A stretch of 62,964 bases of DNA, the filler included, from Octopus bimaculoides (lineage: Eukaryota), in NCBI RefSeq assembly GCF_001194135.2. It is 7 parts of 6 records of this genome, joined end to end, with 100 filler letters (N's around TTAATTAATTAA, not from the genome) between each part and the next. Parts side by side here need not be neighbours in the genome. Positions count along the whole stretch, not along the records: positions 19,040 to 40,509 come from NC_069008.1; 6 more parts are not named here. One strand, 5' to 3'. A program made the translations under genes and the position numbers. Numbering within the stretch: position 1 is the first letter of the stretch; each line of letters begins with the position of its first letter. The notes under the pieces were generated by a model. It saw nothing but the letters and a program-made list of their open reading frames with translations, ran no database searches and was not told the DNA's origin. Of this stretch, positions 24,510 through 38,571 are shown one piece after another.

Positions 24510-26590
24510 CAGTAGTTCACAAGCTTTTTGGTCGTGACCCTAAATACAATCTTGGCCTGGCCTGGCGACCCTAAATGAGTGTATGTACATGCAGTGCTAA
24601 TCACTAATAATTTTGATATGTTCTACTTATTTATAATTGCATATGGTTTTATTGAGTAAATTCATATTTCTAACACACAATGATTTTCCATGACCATTAA
24701 ATGGGAGCAATTGAAAAAACAAATTTTCTTGAAAATGAGACTAAGTTTATTACATGTTTGGTAGTCAAGTCACAAAACCAAAAATTGTTTTCTCAGTGAC
24801 TACCATAGAACTGCTTCATTTTGTGAGTGAGATCCTTTAAGTTGGGTTTTATGTTGATTGTTAGAGCACAACGCAAGTCATGCTGAGGATCGAAGCGGTT
24901 CGTTGCTTTAGTCTTGATCGTAACAAAACTTGAAAACCCTTGTTCACAGAGATATATTGTTGGAAAAGGTAGAAGAACTTTTTCAGTCTCCCGAGTCAGA
25001 ATGGGTTTCTCCTTGAGTTAGGTCGAAAATTTTGAATACGAGAGGTTTTCAAAGTGTTGTTTCTGCACTTGATTTTCCTGGAGGTCTTTAAGTTCTTCTT
25101 GAAACCCTGGAATATCTTCACCAAATTCACTGACGTTCACACTGAAAACATTCCTGATCCAGCTATACTTCTTGATGTCAACATTTTCTGGAAAATACCT
25201 GTCCATTTCTTCTTGAAGCTTCTTCAGATGATCTTCGAGAATACTTTTGATGTCAGCAAGGGATATTTCTAATGAATCATCCATCACATCACTTAGTTCT
25301 GGAAAGATGACAGTTTTCCTTTGGTCAACGTTTCTCTCTAAAGAGCAATTTTTTTCTTGAATGAGACAATTTTCTCCCCTATGTCCACCATGGTATGATT
25401 TCGACCCTCCATGTCTGAATTCAGTTCACTCAGGTGCATGAAGATGTCACCCAAATAAGAAAACTTCATCAGCCAAGCAACGTCTTGAAAGCAACCTGAA
25501 AGTGCATACTTTTTCTCATAGAGAAAGATTTCAATTTCAGTTTTTAGTTCAATAACACTTCCAAGAATTTTTTCTTGAGATAACCAACGGACGTCAGAGG
25601 GGAACAGCGAGTCTTGGTGATATGATCCCATCTCTTCACATATTTTATGGAAAATACGTGAGTTTAAAGCCCTGGCCTCGACAAAATTCACAATTTGGAT
25701 AGCATCATTTAGAATTGCATGGAGGTCTGGTTTCAAGCGATGAGAAACAAGCTTTTCTTGATGCAAAAAACAGTGAATTATTATAGAATCAGGATTTCCT
25801 GCTCTAATGTGAGTAACAAAACCCAAACGATTTCCCATCATTAATGGAACTCCATCAGTGCACACTGTCAAACAATTCAACCAGTCTAGATCATGTTTCT
25901 TTAAAAAATTGTTCATCATATTAAAGATATCTTCTCCAGTGGTGGTAGTTGACAGGGCATTACAGAAAAGAAATTCTTCCCTGTACCTTATAAAAACCAT
26001 CAGTTGAGGGTTACCTGCAGTATCCACAGACTCATCTGTCTGCAAAGAAATTTTTCCTTCTTTACTTTCAGTGCCACGATCAGTTGAGCCAAAATATCTT
26101 CTGAAATGAAATCAATTCTACGTTTAATGCTATTGTCAGAAAGTGGTACCGATTCAACCTTCTTGGCAATATCTGCTCCACCAATAGTCTTTACCGTTGC
26201 CATTGCTGCTGACTTTACCAGCTCCTCTCCAATGTTATGAAGCTTTTATGCATCTTGCAATTATCTATGCCACTTGAAAGGACGCCAGAGAAGCTTTCTC
26301 CATAGAAAAAGGTGAATTCGAGGGAGCATCAATCCGACTTCGTTCTGTTTGTTCTTCTTTGTACTTTTAGTGACTCAGTGGTTTTTCAACAAACTTTGGG
26401 TGAACTGACTACAGATGACGCTTCAATTTATTTCCTTTCATAGATTCATTGGCGAGGTCTTGCAGGCACTGGAACACACTGGAATAGGAAGGATGTTTCC
26501 AGATCGTTCCCTCATCTCAGTGAAGCCATATTTCAAGAACTCAGGCTTATATTCCAATTGTGTTTTGCGTTGGGTCATTTTGAGAGTTCA
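24510..26590 (-). mobile_element. hAT transposase pseudogene (Charlie/Buster/ZBED5-like) with one TIR
   Basis: Frameshifted VESVPLSDNSIKRRI, QTDESVD, FIRY, CTDG, IHCFLHQEKL, DVRWLSQ, YLGDIF, WIRN motifs; hAT-like end CAGTAGTTCACAAGCTTTTT at 24510. Confidence 0.9.
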
Positions 26591-28066
26591 GACGTGGAAG
26601 GAAGAAAATAATAAATCAAAAATTTTTTTTAGAAAACATCCCAGCCTTCTTCGAAAAGTTAAAAATAAGTTATTCTTTAAAATCAAACAATTAGCCTTTT
26701 GCAAGAAACTAGCGACACCTACAGTGAGACGTTACCATTTGTTTTGAAATTCGGAAGGAGATAGGAACAGTTGTTTTTTAATTGTCTTTTCATGGTTATG
26801 TAAACATGAGTAACTGATCTCTTCTCCTCCATTATAATCTCTAGCCGTTATAAGAGCTAACAATTACAATTATCTGACTACAGAAAAAAAAACGCATGTA
26901 AAAACATTAAAAAATCCTCTTTCCCTCACAAACTCACTCATTCACAGATGCATTCACTCGCTTGCTTACTCACTCACAAACACGTAACAGACTAATTGTC
27001 GTAAACCCATGGATGAGAAAATACTGGATTGGTACTTTTCATGTCGTTTTTTGTATATATATAAAATTAAAATTAAGATACAATAAATCGATAAATAATT
27101 GTATGTAACGTAATGTAATATCATGTAACGTAATGAGATATCTCTCTTTGAGATATTTAGAAATAATAATATTTCTGTTTTTAGACCAGTGACTGTGTTT
27201 CACTTTGAAAACTATATATTCGAACGGTGAGTTTAGCAACACCATCTGGCCAAGCAGCTACTCTGTGTTGATAAAGAGTAATAACCCAGGAACTAGTCCA
27301 CAGATGTTGTTTTGCACTAGGTGGGAGTGCTGAACTCCCCGCTCGAAAATATAAGGACACAGATACTGTGTCGTATAGCCAGCTAGAAACGATGTTTCTT
27401 GGGACTAAAGCAACAGTAACATCGTCCCTTCCAGGACAGCCACATTATGTTGGCAAATAGCCTTTATTTTAATGAACTGTTACTGAATGTCGCTCTTTGA
27501 GAGATTTAGAAAAGATAATATATATACATACATACATATATANNNNNNNNNNNNNNNNNNNNNNNNNNNNNNNNNNNNNNNNNNNNNNNNNNNNNNNNNN
27601 NNNNNNNNNNNNNNNNNNNNNNNNNNNNNNNNNNNNNNNNNNNNNNNNNNNNNNNNNNNNNNNNNNNNNNNNNNNNNNNNNNNNNNNNNNNNNNNNNNNN
27701 NNNNNNNNNNNNNNNNNNNNNNNNNNNNNNNNNNNNNNNNNNNNNNNNNNNNNNNNNNNNNNNNNNNNNNNNNNNNNNNNNNNNNNNNNNNNNNNNNNNN
27801 NNNNNNNNNNNNNNNNNNNNNNNNNNNNNNNNNNNNNNNNNNNNNNNNNNNNNNNNNNNNNNNNNNNNNNNNNNNNNNNNNNNNNNNNNNNNNNNNNNNN
27901 NNNNNNNNNNNNNNNNNNNNNNNNNNNNNNNNNNNNNNNNNNNNNNNNNNNNNNNNNNNNNNNNNNNNNNNNNNNNNNNNNNNNNNNNNNNNNNNNNNNN
28001 NNNNNNNNNNNNNNNNNNNNNNNNNNNNNNNNNNNNNNNNNNNNNNNNNNNNNNNNNNNNNNNNNN

Positions 28067-28116
<50 letters not shown>

Positions 28117-29156
28117 CATGCATGCTTGTATGTTTGTATGTATGTACCACACATACATAGGAACAAAAATAATAATTTGTTCATGTCTGCTTTCAGTTAA
28201 GCTAATACAATGATCCATTTTTTTCAGCGCATTAATCGATCCATATTTAATCGACAATTGTACTAAAAAAATCTAGAAAATGAACACCAGCAAATGCTTC
28301 TCAAAGGGCCAGCCAAAAGTTAGAATGCAATAAAATGATCGCTGATTAGCATAAATGTATTTAGAAAGTTCACCTGATCACTTTTGTTTCTGTCGACGAA
28401 GAGATAATCCAGTGATTACTTTTCTCAGCGACGTTAAAATGTCTTCATTAAAAAAAAACCCCCAAAAAACATAGATATAATGCCTACCTCAACATTTCAA
28501 ATTATCGAAACAGACCACTGTCTAACTCTCATATAAATATGTATGCGGTCATAGATGGCTACACTATTACCGTAACCATTACCGTAATCACGCAAACAAC
28601 ACTACACTAGTGCCCCAATCATAACATCTACACAACTTCTCTGCAATTAGGATACTACGACCTCATCCACAAACACCATCACCAGTAGAGCCACATTACC
28701 AACAAAACCAACATCGTCAACACCACAGCCACTGCAACACCGCTACCACATCATCATCATCACGACCAACACCACCAAACCATCGTGCTACGGATTGCAT
28801 TGGTATTTATCCGATGTGATCAGTGACGTATGTTTGTCATACTGACATTAGACTTAATGTGAGGAAAAGGTATTGATTGCAGTGGACAGAACTGTCATTG
28901 GCAGGCACTTGTGATATCTATGGAGATTAGTAATAACAGTGAATGATACCGATTTTTAAGTACACAGTCTATGCTCTTTGTGAACAGTTGAAACATCAGT
29001 GAACATTCCTGGTGTCTGTGCACACTCTTGGCATTCGTGGGTCAGTAGTGACATTAATGGTAGTCCTGAAGGCAGTTTTGGTAGAATTGAAAGCAGTGAA
29101 GAATCCCGAAAACAATCCTTCATTTAACCCCTTAAAACATAGGTATTGCCTTCATT

Positions 29157-29164
29157 ATGAAAAG
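29157..29164 (+). CDS. First coding segment (Met-Lys-Arg) of the secreted PAN/Apple-like protein gene
   Basis: ATG AAA AG followed by consensus donor GTAAGT (29165); phase 2 matches the exon at 39441 and completes MKRIYQFAPTRPILTTVLLLTLAP. Confidence 0.6.
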
Positions 29165-29707
29165 GTAAGTTTTGTTTTGTAATCTTTTACTTTCTGTGTG
29201 AACATGACTTAGAATATGATTATTGTTGTTCGTCTTCTCTTTAGTCTGATGGTGTACGTCACAGATGGATCAGTTGACTGATGATACTTTTGTGTATAAG
29301 TGTATTTTATGTTTGGGTAAACTTGGTGGGAAGGATAATGTACAACCGGTGCATGAATATAAGCATTATAGATTGGTGCCCGAGTGAATGGACGTGATTG
29401 CATATGGAGGAGAAAGGCAGAGTTTTATGAATAATGTTGTAGCAGTGTTGTGTGTGTGTGTGTGTGTGTGTGATTGTTTAAGGGACTTAGACAATTGTAA
29501 CGTGCTGCCAAGACAACTGCGTCACTTGCATGTTCAAATGGATTTTGTATTGTGCATGAATCCTATGGATGTAGTTTGTTGCATACATGTCACTCAACTA
29601 CAGTTTGTGACTAGCAGTTATACCTTTAATTAGAAGTCATAAAGAAATATATCTAAGCATTACACAGCACTCACTTAAATATCCCACATAATCAACCATT
29701 CCAACGC

Positions 29708-29754
<47 letters not shown>

Positions 29755-29794
29755 TGATAATTGCATCTAGGAACAGTCTTATACCAGCAATTTT

Positions 29795-30310
29795 ATCAGA
29801 CTGAAGAAATGCTGCAAAGCATTTTGCCCGGCGTGCTAACGGTTTTACCAGCTCACCGCCATAAGATCTGGAAATATTCTTTTCTACTCTCAGCACAAGG
29901 CCCGAAATTTTGGAGGAGAGGGCCAGTTGATTAGATCGACCCCAGTACGCAATTGGAACTTAATTTATCAACCCCGAAAGAATTTCGACGAAAGTCAGCC
30001 TCTGCGGAATTTGAACTCAGAAAATAAATGCAGACGAAATACCGCTAAGCAGTTTGCCCGACGTGCTAACTTTTCTTATTTCTTTATTGCCCACAAGGGG
30101 CTAAACACAGAGGGTACAAACAAGGACAGACAAAGGGATTAAGTCGATTATATCGACCCCAGTGCGTAACTGGTACTTAATTTATCGACCCCCGAAAGGA
30201 TGAAAGCAAAGTCGACCTCGGCGGAATTTGAACTCAGAACGTAACGACAGACGAAATACCGCTAAGCATTTCGCCCGGCCCCCTAACGTTTCTGCCAGCT
30301 CGCCGCCTTG
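29795..30310 (-). mobile_element. Stack of family A SINEs (two near complete, one partial)
   Basis: Repeated GGAATTTGAACTCAGAA and GAAATACCGCTAAGCA..TT.GCCCG motifs; well-preserved copy at 30085-30310. Confidence 0.9.
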
Positions 30311-31322
30311 AGATCTGGAATACTAATAAACAGAATGAGTTGAATGAAAAATCAATAATCCTTATTATAATAGATGTCTCGGGAATGGTTAAAAGGAGGC
30401 AGAAAAATAATAATTCAAACTCCAGAGCTTATAAGTATGTACAGTATACGGAAAAGTCACAATTTGACGCGATACACATGTTACCGTAAAAGACTACCTT
30501 AAATTTTATAGCTCAAATTTCTGTTAGGGTTTTCCGTATTCTACTGGCCGAAAGCAAAACATATCTTAAGATCTACTGGAACAGTTCTTATCAATGACCG
30601 TCCACGGGACGTTGGAGATGATAATTATAATACAGACCGTATATTATAGTAAAACACGGCCGTGCCATACGCAATGATAACTATCCAGGAACTGTTCTAA
30701 CTGATGATTATATGCCAAAACATTGTAGTACAGCTGAAGAGTACTTAAGTAAATCGTATTCTGCAGTTCCCGCGCCGCCATTTGCAAACCGCCAACAAAT
30801 CCCAAACCTTATATTCTACATAAATGCCTTCCAATAATATATCATGACTCATATAGCAGATGTTCTACGCAACAGCCGACACTAAAACATATGACAACCC
30901 ATACAACACATACTCTACACTGTCACCACAACAAAATAACACACATTGTACACATTGTACAAAACAAAGTATTAGAATAACACCAATAACAGCAAAACAA
31001 ACAAACAACTATTGAAAGCAAATGTAGTGCAGAAATACAATTCCTCTCTCTCTATCTCTCTCTCTCTATCTATCTATCTCTCTCTCTCTCTCACACGCAC
31101 ACAAAACAATAATGCAAAGACTTGAGGAAGAAATAGAAACAGTTGATGGTGTGATATTATAAATTCTTGAAAACTGACGGAATTAATATTAAGAGTTTTG
31201 TAATGTTTCTTCATTTCCGTTTTCTTTTTTTCAATTATTGCGCTCTTCCTCTCCTTCTTCCCTGCTTTCCTTCTTCCTTTCTTCCTTCCTTCTTCCTTTC
31301 TTTCTTCCTTTCTTTATTTCGT

Positions 31323-31360
<38 letters not shown>

Positions 31361-31646
31361 TTCTTTCTTTCTTTCCCTCTCTATCTCCCCCTCTCCTACA
31401 CAAATTTCTTTCTCTGTCTCCATCCTCTCCCTTCATTCAAACTTCCTTCAATCTTACTCTTTCAATATCTTCTTTATTCTTCACTCACTCACTCACTCAC
31501 CTTCTCTCTTGTTATGTATGTCTGCANNNNNNNNNNNNNNNNNNNNNNNNNNNNNNNNNNNNNNNNNNNNNNNNNNNNNNNNNNNNNNNNNNNNNNNNNN
31601 NNNNNNNNNNNNNNNNNNNNNNNNNNNNNNNNNNNNNNNNNNNNNN

Positions 31647-31669
<23 letters not shown>

Positions 31670-31679
<10 letters not shown>

Positions 31680-33305
31680 CCCCCTCGTTATCGAGTATGG
31701 CCATTGCACGAGGCTTAACTGTTATCGGTGCTGCGATCGAATGTGACTTTTTAGCCCAGCTAAAGATCTACAATGTCTTGGACAGAATTGGCACCTAAAA
31801 CCTTTACCGGCTGTAGTTGTAACTGGGCTTCATGTACCTTTGCATGTCGTTTAAGTCCTCCCGCCGAATCACAACCCCTTCTACATACCTGACAGATATG
31901 ATTAGTATGGTGTGTAGCACCACCACTAGTAGCCTCGTTGTCAATCATCAGTCTCGCTTTATGACTACGAAGATGACTCTTGAGTCCAGCTTTACTGAGG
32001 GAGGGTCTTGCACATACACTGCATGTCAGCATCATAGGAAGACCTTTACCGTCTGGAAGTGCAATAGTGATGCCCTTCCTGACATCCCTCCTTACTTTCT
32101 CATGCGCAACTCGAGATTTCTCAAAAGTAGCTGTCCCCTCGTGCACAATTCTTCTCCACCTGTTACGGTCAATAGCTATGCCCTCCCATGTGTCAGGAGA
32201 GATGCTAGCCTCGCTCAAGGAAGCCTTCAGCAAGTCTTTATATCTCTTTTTTTGGTTTATGTGGAGGTCGTTCTCCTTTAGCTAATTCTCCATAATAGAG
32301 TTGTTTTGGCATCCTTGAATCTTTCATCTTGACCAGATGACCACTTCATCTGAGCCTTTGCTTTAACACAAGAGCTTCTGTACTTTCACACCGAGAGCTT
32401 TCCAATAACTCAAGATCCCTGATGCGGTCCTCCCACTTAATGCCATAGATCCGTCCGAGACACATCTGATGGAAACGTTCCAGTTGTTTAAGGTGGTATC
32501 GATATGTTATCCACGTCTCGCAGGCATAAAGAAGAGAAGAAAGCACACATGCCTTGTACACCTTTATCTTTGTCTTCCTGCGTATGTCTCGCCGACTCCA
32601 GAGGCGCCTTTCTAGCCTTCCGAAAGCATCACTTGCTTTCCTAATTCTGTATGGAATTTCATTATCCAAATTGACATATCTATTAACAGTGCTTCCCAGG
32701 TAGACAAACTGATCGACTACACCAAGTCTTCTACCATGAACATAGATATTTGGTTCAATATATTGCTTACCAGGGGCAGGTTGGTACATGGCAACAGTTT
32801 TCTTGAGATTGACTGTCAATCCTAAGGCAGTGCAAGCATCAGAGAATGCATTCAAAATGTGTTGCATATCAATCTTTGTGTGCGCTACTAGATCACAATC
32901 ATCTGCATACAAAAGGTCTCTTATGATAAAGGCAAATACCTTTGTTTTTGCAGCAAAGCGTCTGATATTAAATATGCTGCCAGAGGTTCGATAATGGATG
33001 TAAACACCATATCTACAATTTCTGAATGCGATACAGAAAACCATCGCAAAATATATGGCAAATAGGGTCAGTGCCAGAATATCCCCCTGTTTCACTCCAT
33101 TTTGTATTGAGATAGGCTCCGACATTTTCCCTTTAACATTAACCCTACCCTTCATGTCTTCATGAAAAGACCTAACCACAGCAAGGAACTTTTCAGGACA
33201 ACCAAGTTTCTGGAGGACTTTCCACAGTGCATTTCTATTAACGGTATCGAAGGCCTTTGTCAGATCGACAAAAAACCTGATATAAATCGAGACCCTGTTC
33301 GACAC
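31670..33305 (-). mobile_element. RTE-clade LINE, 3' part: RT plus three C2H2 fingers; inactivated
   Basis: FVDLTKAFDTVNR, GVKQGD, LLYADD, FVYLGS, LYACETW motifs; premature TGA at 32346-32348 in place of the QLRW tryptophan; frameshift before the third finger; ends in (TA)n. Confidence 0.93.
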
Positions 33306-34084
33306 NNNNNNNNNNNNNNNNNNNNNNNNNNNNNNNNNNNNNNNNNNNNNNNNNNNNNNNNNNNNNNNNNNNNNNNNNNNNNNNNNNNNNNNNNNNNNNN
33401 NNNNNNNNNNNNNNNNNNNNNNNNNNNNNNNNNNNNNNNNNNNNNNNNNNNNNNNNNNNNNNNNNNNNNNNNNNNNNNNNNNNNNNNNNNNNNNNNNNNN
33501 NNNNNNNNNNNNNNNNNNNNNNNNNNNNNNNNNNNNNNNNNNNNNNNNNNNNNNNNNNNNNNNNNNNNNNNNNNNNNNNNNNNNNNNNNNNNNNNNNNNN
33601 NNNNNNNNNNNNNNNNNNNNNNNNNNNNNNNNNNNNNNNNNNNNNNNNNNNNNNNNNNNNNNNNNNNNNNNNNNNNNNNNNNNNNNNNNNNNNNNNNNNN
33701 NNNNNNNNNNNNNNNNNNNNNNNNNNNNNNNNNNNNNNNNNNNNNNNNNNNNNNNNNNNNNNNNNNNNNNNNNNNNNNNNNNNNNNNNNNNNNNNNNNNN
33801 NNNNNNNNNNNNNNNNNNNNNNNNNNNNNNNNNNNNNNNNNNNNNNNNNNNNNNNNNNNNNNNNNNNNNNNNNNNNNNNNNNNNNNNNNNNNNNNNNNNN
33901 NNNNNNNNNNNNNNNNNNNNNNNNNNNNNNNNNNNNNNNNNNNNNNNNNNNNNNNNNNNNNNNNNNNNNNNNNNNNNNNNNNNNNNNNNNNNNNNNNNNN
34001 NNNNNNNNNNNNNNNNNNNNNNNNNNNNNNNNNNNNNNNNNNNNNNNNNNNNNNNNNNNNNNNNTATATATATATATATATATA

Positions 34085-35110
34085 TCAGGTCATTAAGAAT
34101 GAAACTGTAGAAAAAAACCAGCCTCCCTCTCCCTGTTAAGGAGGGAGGGCGAAACAATCTTGATAATCGATTCAGCCGATAGCTGTACTCTTCCTGCCAT
34201 TGACAACAGCTGTTCGACATGGGCTATCAGTCCCATAATTTCTGTACACTGCATGAAGGTGTGCAGGACAGTCTCCCTGTCCCGCCTGCACCTCGGGCAT
34301 GTCAGTGGGATGGCACATCCGTGGCTCGATAGCCTCTCCCAAACAGGTAAGGCTGATCGGTAACATAACTAGGCCGGGGATTTCTGGTAATTATCCAGAT
34401 ACCTCGGCCTGAATGTCCTCTCGAACAGATTGACCAACTGATTTCCATCGAAGCCCAGGGTCTCTCCCAGGACATCGTCTGACATGTGCTCTGCGAACCC
34501 CCTATAGAAGTCCGCAGGTGACGCCAGAGATGCCTAAGCCTCTGCGCAAACTTCCGCATCTTCAGCCACGGCATTCCTAGCCCACCCTTTACCGGTTTTT
34601 GACAGCTGATGGAGCGCCTTACAAGTGGCGATTACTTCCACAAAGGAGTCGCTTCAGCTTGCTTATCCACGAATCTGGGTAAGGCATGACAGTCAGGCGG
34701 TAGGTAATCACGGATGCAATAAACACCCGCGTCACCTCCGCCTTCCTAGCAGCGATAACGTCCTCCCAGACCAAATCTAGATTAGAGCAGTTACCTTGCT
34801 TGTAACCTCGCTCCAAGTCTTCTCTATCTGGAGGTCTGGACCAAACCAGACCCCTAGCATCTTGACAGGACCTTCCGTCGAACGTCCCACGACGTTATTG
34901 GGCGGCATCAACTTACCCCGCCAGATACGTCCCAGATACGTTGGTAGTAATACTACCTCCTTCGTTTTGAGCGTTCGTATCGAGTGCTCTTTGGCCTTCT
35001 CATTGTCATTGAATCTTACTTCGATAGAAGCAAATTTCTTGCCCCGGGCCACATTTGTTATGTCGTTCCATATGGGCCTGAGGCATTTCTTTATCTTGTC
35101 CTTGGCGACA
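34085..35110 (-). mobile_element. Internally deleted L1/Tx1-like LINE
   Basis: KMLGVWFGPD, KAEV..FIASVITY, GGLGMP and zf-RVT CPRC..ETVLHTFMQC motifs in broken frames; RT core absent. Confidence 0.75.
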
Positions 35111-36036
35111 ATCTTTTTTCTTCCACGTTGGAATTTTTATATATTATGGTTTTACTACGAGTTTGTGTAGTTATTTCACTTGGTGGGGAGATGCGAATAT
35201 CTCCCCCATCTATCGTTAGCATGCCATAACAAGCCTGGTACTCTATTCTTTATGCGACACGTTCGTGACCGCAGCATAATCTACCGTAATCATATTTTCT
35301 TTTGGAGCCATTTGCTCCACTTCCATATTTTTATCATTTTCCATTTTTGAAAAACACAAAAAATCTCTACGTGAATATTATTTTTCTCTCAAAAAGAAAG
35401 TAAAAGAAAAACAATTCCACAACAGAAAAAAACAGTACAGAGTTCAATTCCCACCCACCAGGGAGAACACGCAATTTTCAACAACGCCCACAAGTAGGTA
35501 AAATTTTAAACGATAACAATTCAACGCAACAATACATTGACAGCTGTAACAAATCGCAGAAAAATTTTACAACTCCAACGCAGAAAATAACACAGATTCC
35601 ATAACACTCAAGTTGTTCGCAAGAGTTACAAAACGGGTGCAAAAACTTATTCATAAGATATAACCTACAGCAGGACCAGTCCAAAATTTTTAACAAAAAA
35701 AAAATTCTAACAAAAAAATTATTATATTTTATTTTATGGCTAGAAATGTAGGTGGCTACTAATCATAGGAATTTTTGTATCTAGTTTTGAAACCCAGTAA
35801 GGAAACTAAATATTATCTGCCACATCTAGCTTTACTTCTATATATTTTAAGAAAAATAGAAGACATGGTTTTAGAAAATGATCACCTCTGCAAATTTATT
35901 TAATGTTTTAGGCCGAAAGGACCTAAGGATGGCAAGAGATTCCCCTATACACAACCTACACTTCCGAGGGGAAGAAAGCAAGAAGCCAGTTGATATGTTT
36001 TGGCCTTGAATATATGATTGGGCGCCCTAAGTTATC

Positions 36037-36087
<51 letters not shown>

Positions 36088-36930
36088 TTAATAATAATTT
36101 AAAAGGAATGGCGTAACTCCTCACAAAGGTAAATAGAAAATACGAAGAGCGCGATGCGATTGCAATAGCTGTTTTATTGGTTGAACGATATTTCGACAGC
36201 TATCCTGTCTTTGTGGAGTTCAAAATGAAAAGTGATACATAGAAAATCAAATCCAAAATTTAAACGAGGCAACCCACGTTAATAGAATGACATCATCAGT
36301 TTTCAAATTTCAAGTTTACAACTGACANNNNNNNNNNNNNNNNNNNNNNNNNNNNNNNNNNNNNNNNNNNNNNNNNNNNNNNNNNNNNNNNNNNNNNNNN
36401 NNNNNNNNNNNNNNNNNNNNNNNNNNNNNNNNNNNNNNNNNNNNNNNNNNNNNNNNNNNNNNNNNNNNNNNNNNNNNNNNNNNNNNNNNNNNNNNNNNNN
36501 NNNNNNNNNNNNNNNNNNNNNNNNNNNNNNNNNNNNNNNNNNNNNNNNNNNNNNNNNNNNNNNNNNNNNNNNNNNNNNNNNNNNNNNNNNNNNNNNNNNN
36601 NNNNNNNNNNNNNNNNNNNNNNNNNNNNNNNNNNNNNNNNNNNNNNNNNNNNNNNNNNNNNNNNNNNNNNNNNNNNNNNNNNNNNNNNNNNNNNNNNNNN
36701 NNNNNNNNNNNNNNNNNNNNNNNNNNNNNNNNNNNNNNNNNNNNNNNNNNNNNNNNNNNNNNNNNNNNNNNNNNNNNNNNNNNNNNNNNNNNNNNNNNNN
36801 NNNNNNNNNNNNNNNNNNNNNNNNNNNNNNNNNNNNNNNNNNNNNNNNNNNNNNNNNNNNNNNNNNNNNNNNNNNNNNNNNNNNNNNNNNNNNNNNNNNN
36901 NNNNNNNNNNNNNNNNNNNNNNNNNNNNNN

Positions 36931-36988
<58 letters not shown>

Positions 36989-36993
<5 letters not shown>

Positions 36994-37325
36994 CTTTCAA
37001 AATACAAAGACCTGGAAATAGAGATAACTCGAATGTGGAATCTAAACAGAAACAATTCCTATCATAGTAGGCGCATTAGGTATGAGAAAAAAAAATATTC
37101 AGACAAATACATAACAAAAACACCAGGATTTACAAATATATATAACATACAGAAAATTGCACTACTGGGTACTGCACACATCCTACGCAAAACACTTTCA
37201 ATACAGTAAACATAAGAGCACCACAGCAAACCACAGCACATACCGAAGGCGCACAGAGCTGTGCTCGGTAGTGAAGTAAAAGCACGTTATAAAAATAAAA
37301 CTACTGAACAATAATAATAATAATA
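36989..37325 (+). mobile_element. 5'-truncated R4/Dong-like RLE retroposon (family 1) embedded in (TAA)n
   Basis: KLSKYKDLEIEITRMWNL..TIPIIVGALG...IQKIALLGTAHILRKTLS; TAA repeats on both sides. Confidence 0.85.
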
Positions 37326-37326
37326 C

Positions 37327-37763
<437 letters not shown>

Positions 37764-38571
37764 AAGAAGAAGAACTATTATAAAATAAACACCATAGGAC
37801 TGCAAAAATACAAAAGACGAAATGCAACGCNNNNNNNNNNNNNNNNNNNNNNNNNNNNNNNNNNNNNNNNNNNNNNNNNNNNNNNNNNNNNNNNNNNNNN
37901 NNNNNNNNNNNNNNNNNNNNNNNNNNNNNNNNNNNNNNNNNNNNNNNNNNNNNNNNNNNNNNNNNNNNNNNNNNNNNNNNNNNNNNNNNNNNNNNNNNNN
38001 NNNNNNNNNNNNNNNNNNNNNNNNNNNNNNNNNNNNNNNNNNNNNNNNNNNNNNNNNNNNNNNNNNNNNNNNNNNNNNNNNNNNNNNNNNNNNNNNNNNN
38101 NNNNNNNNNNNNNNNNNNNNNNNNNNNNNNNNNNNNNNNNNNNNNNNNNNNNNNNNNNNNNNNNNNNNNNNNNNNNNNNNNNNNNNNNNNNNNNNNNNNN
38201 NNNNNNNNNNNNNNNNNNNNNNNNNNNNNNNNNNNNNNNNNNNNNNNNNNNNNNNNNNNNNNNNNNNNNNNNNNNNNNNNNNNNNNNNNNNNNNNNNNNN
38301 NNNNNNNNNNNNNNNNNNNNNNNNNNNNNNNNNNNNNNNNNNNNNNNNNNNNNNNNNNNNNNNNNNNNNNNNNNNNNNNNNNNNNNNNNNNNNNNNNNNN
38401 NNNNNNNNNNNNNNNNNNNNNNNNNNNNNNNNNNNNNNNNNNNNNNNNNNNNNNNNNNNNNNNNNNNNNNNNNNNNNNNNNNNNNNNNNNNNNNNNNNNN
38501 NNNNNNNNNNNNNNNNNNNNNNNNNNNNNNNNNNNNNNNNNNNNNNNNNNNNNNNNNNNNNNNNNNNNNNN

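Noticed and set aside
25018-26203. Domesticated ZBED5/SCAND3/GTF2IRD2-like gene
   Set aside because: Multiple frameshifts, stops and deletions, and a retained TIR, indicate a dead transposon
28560-28790. Thr-rich mucin-like coding stretch
   Set aside because: Degenerate (ACC/CAC/CAT)n with stops and no splice support
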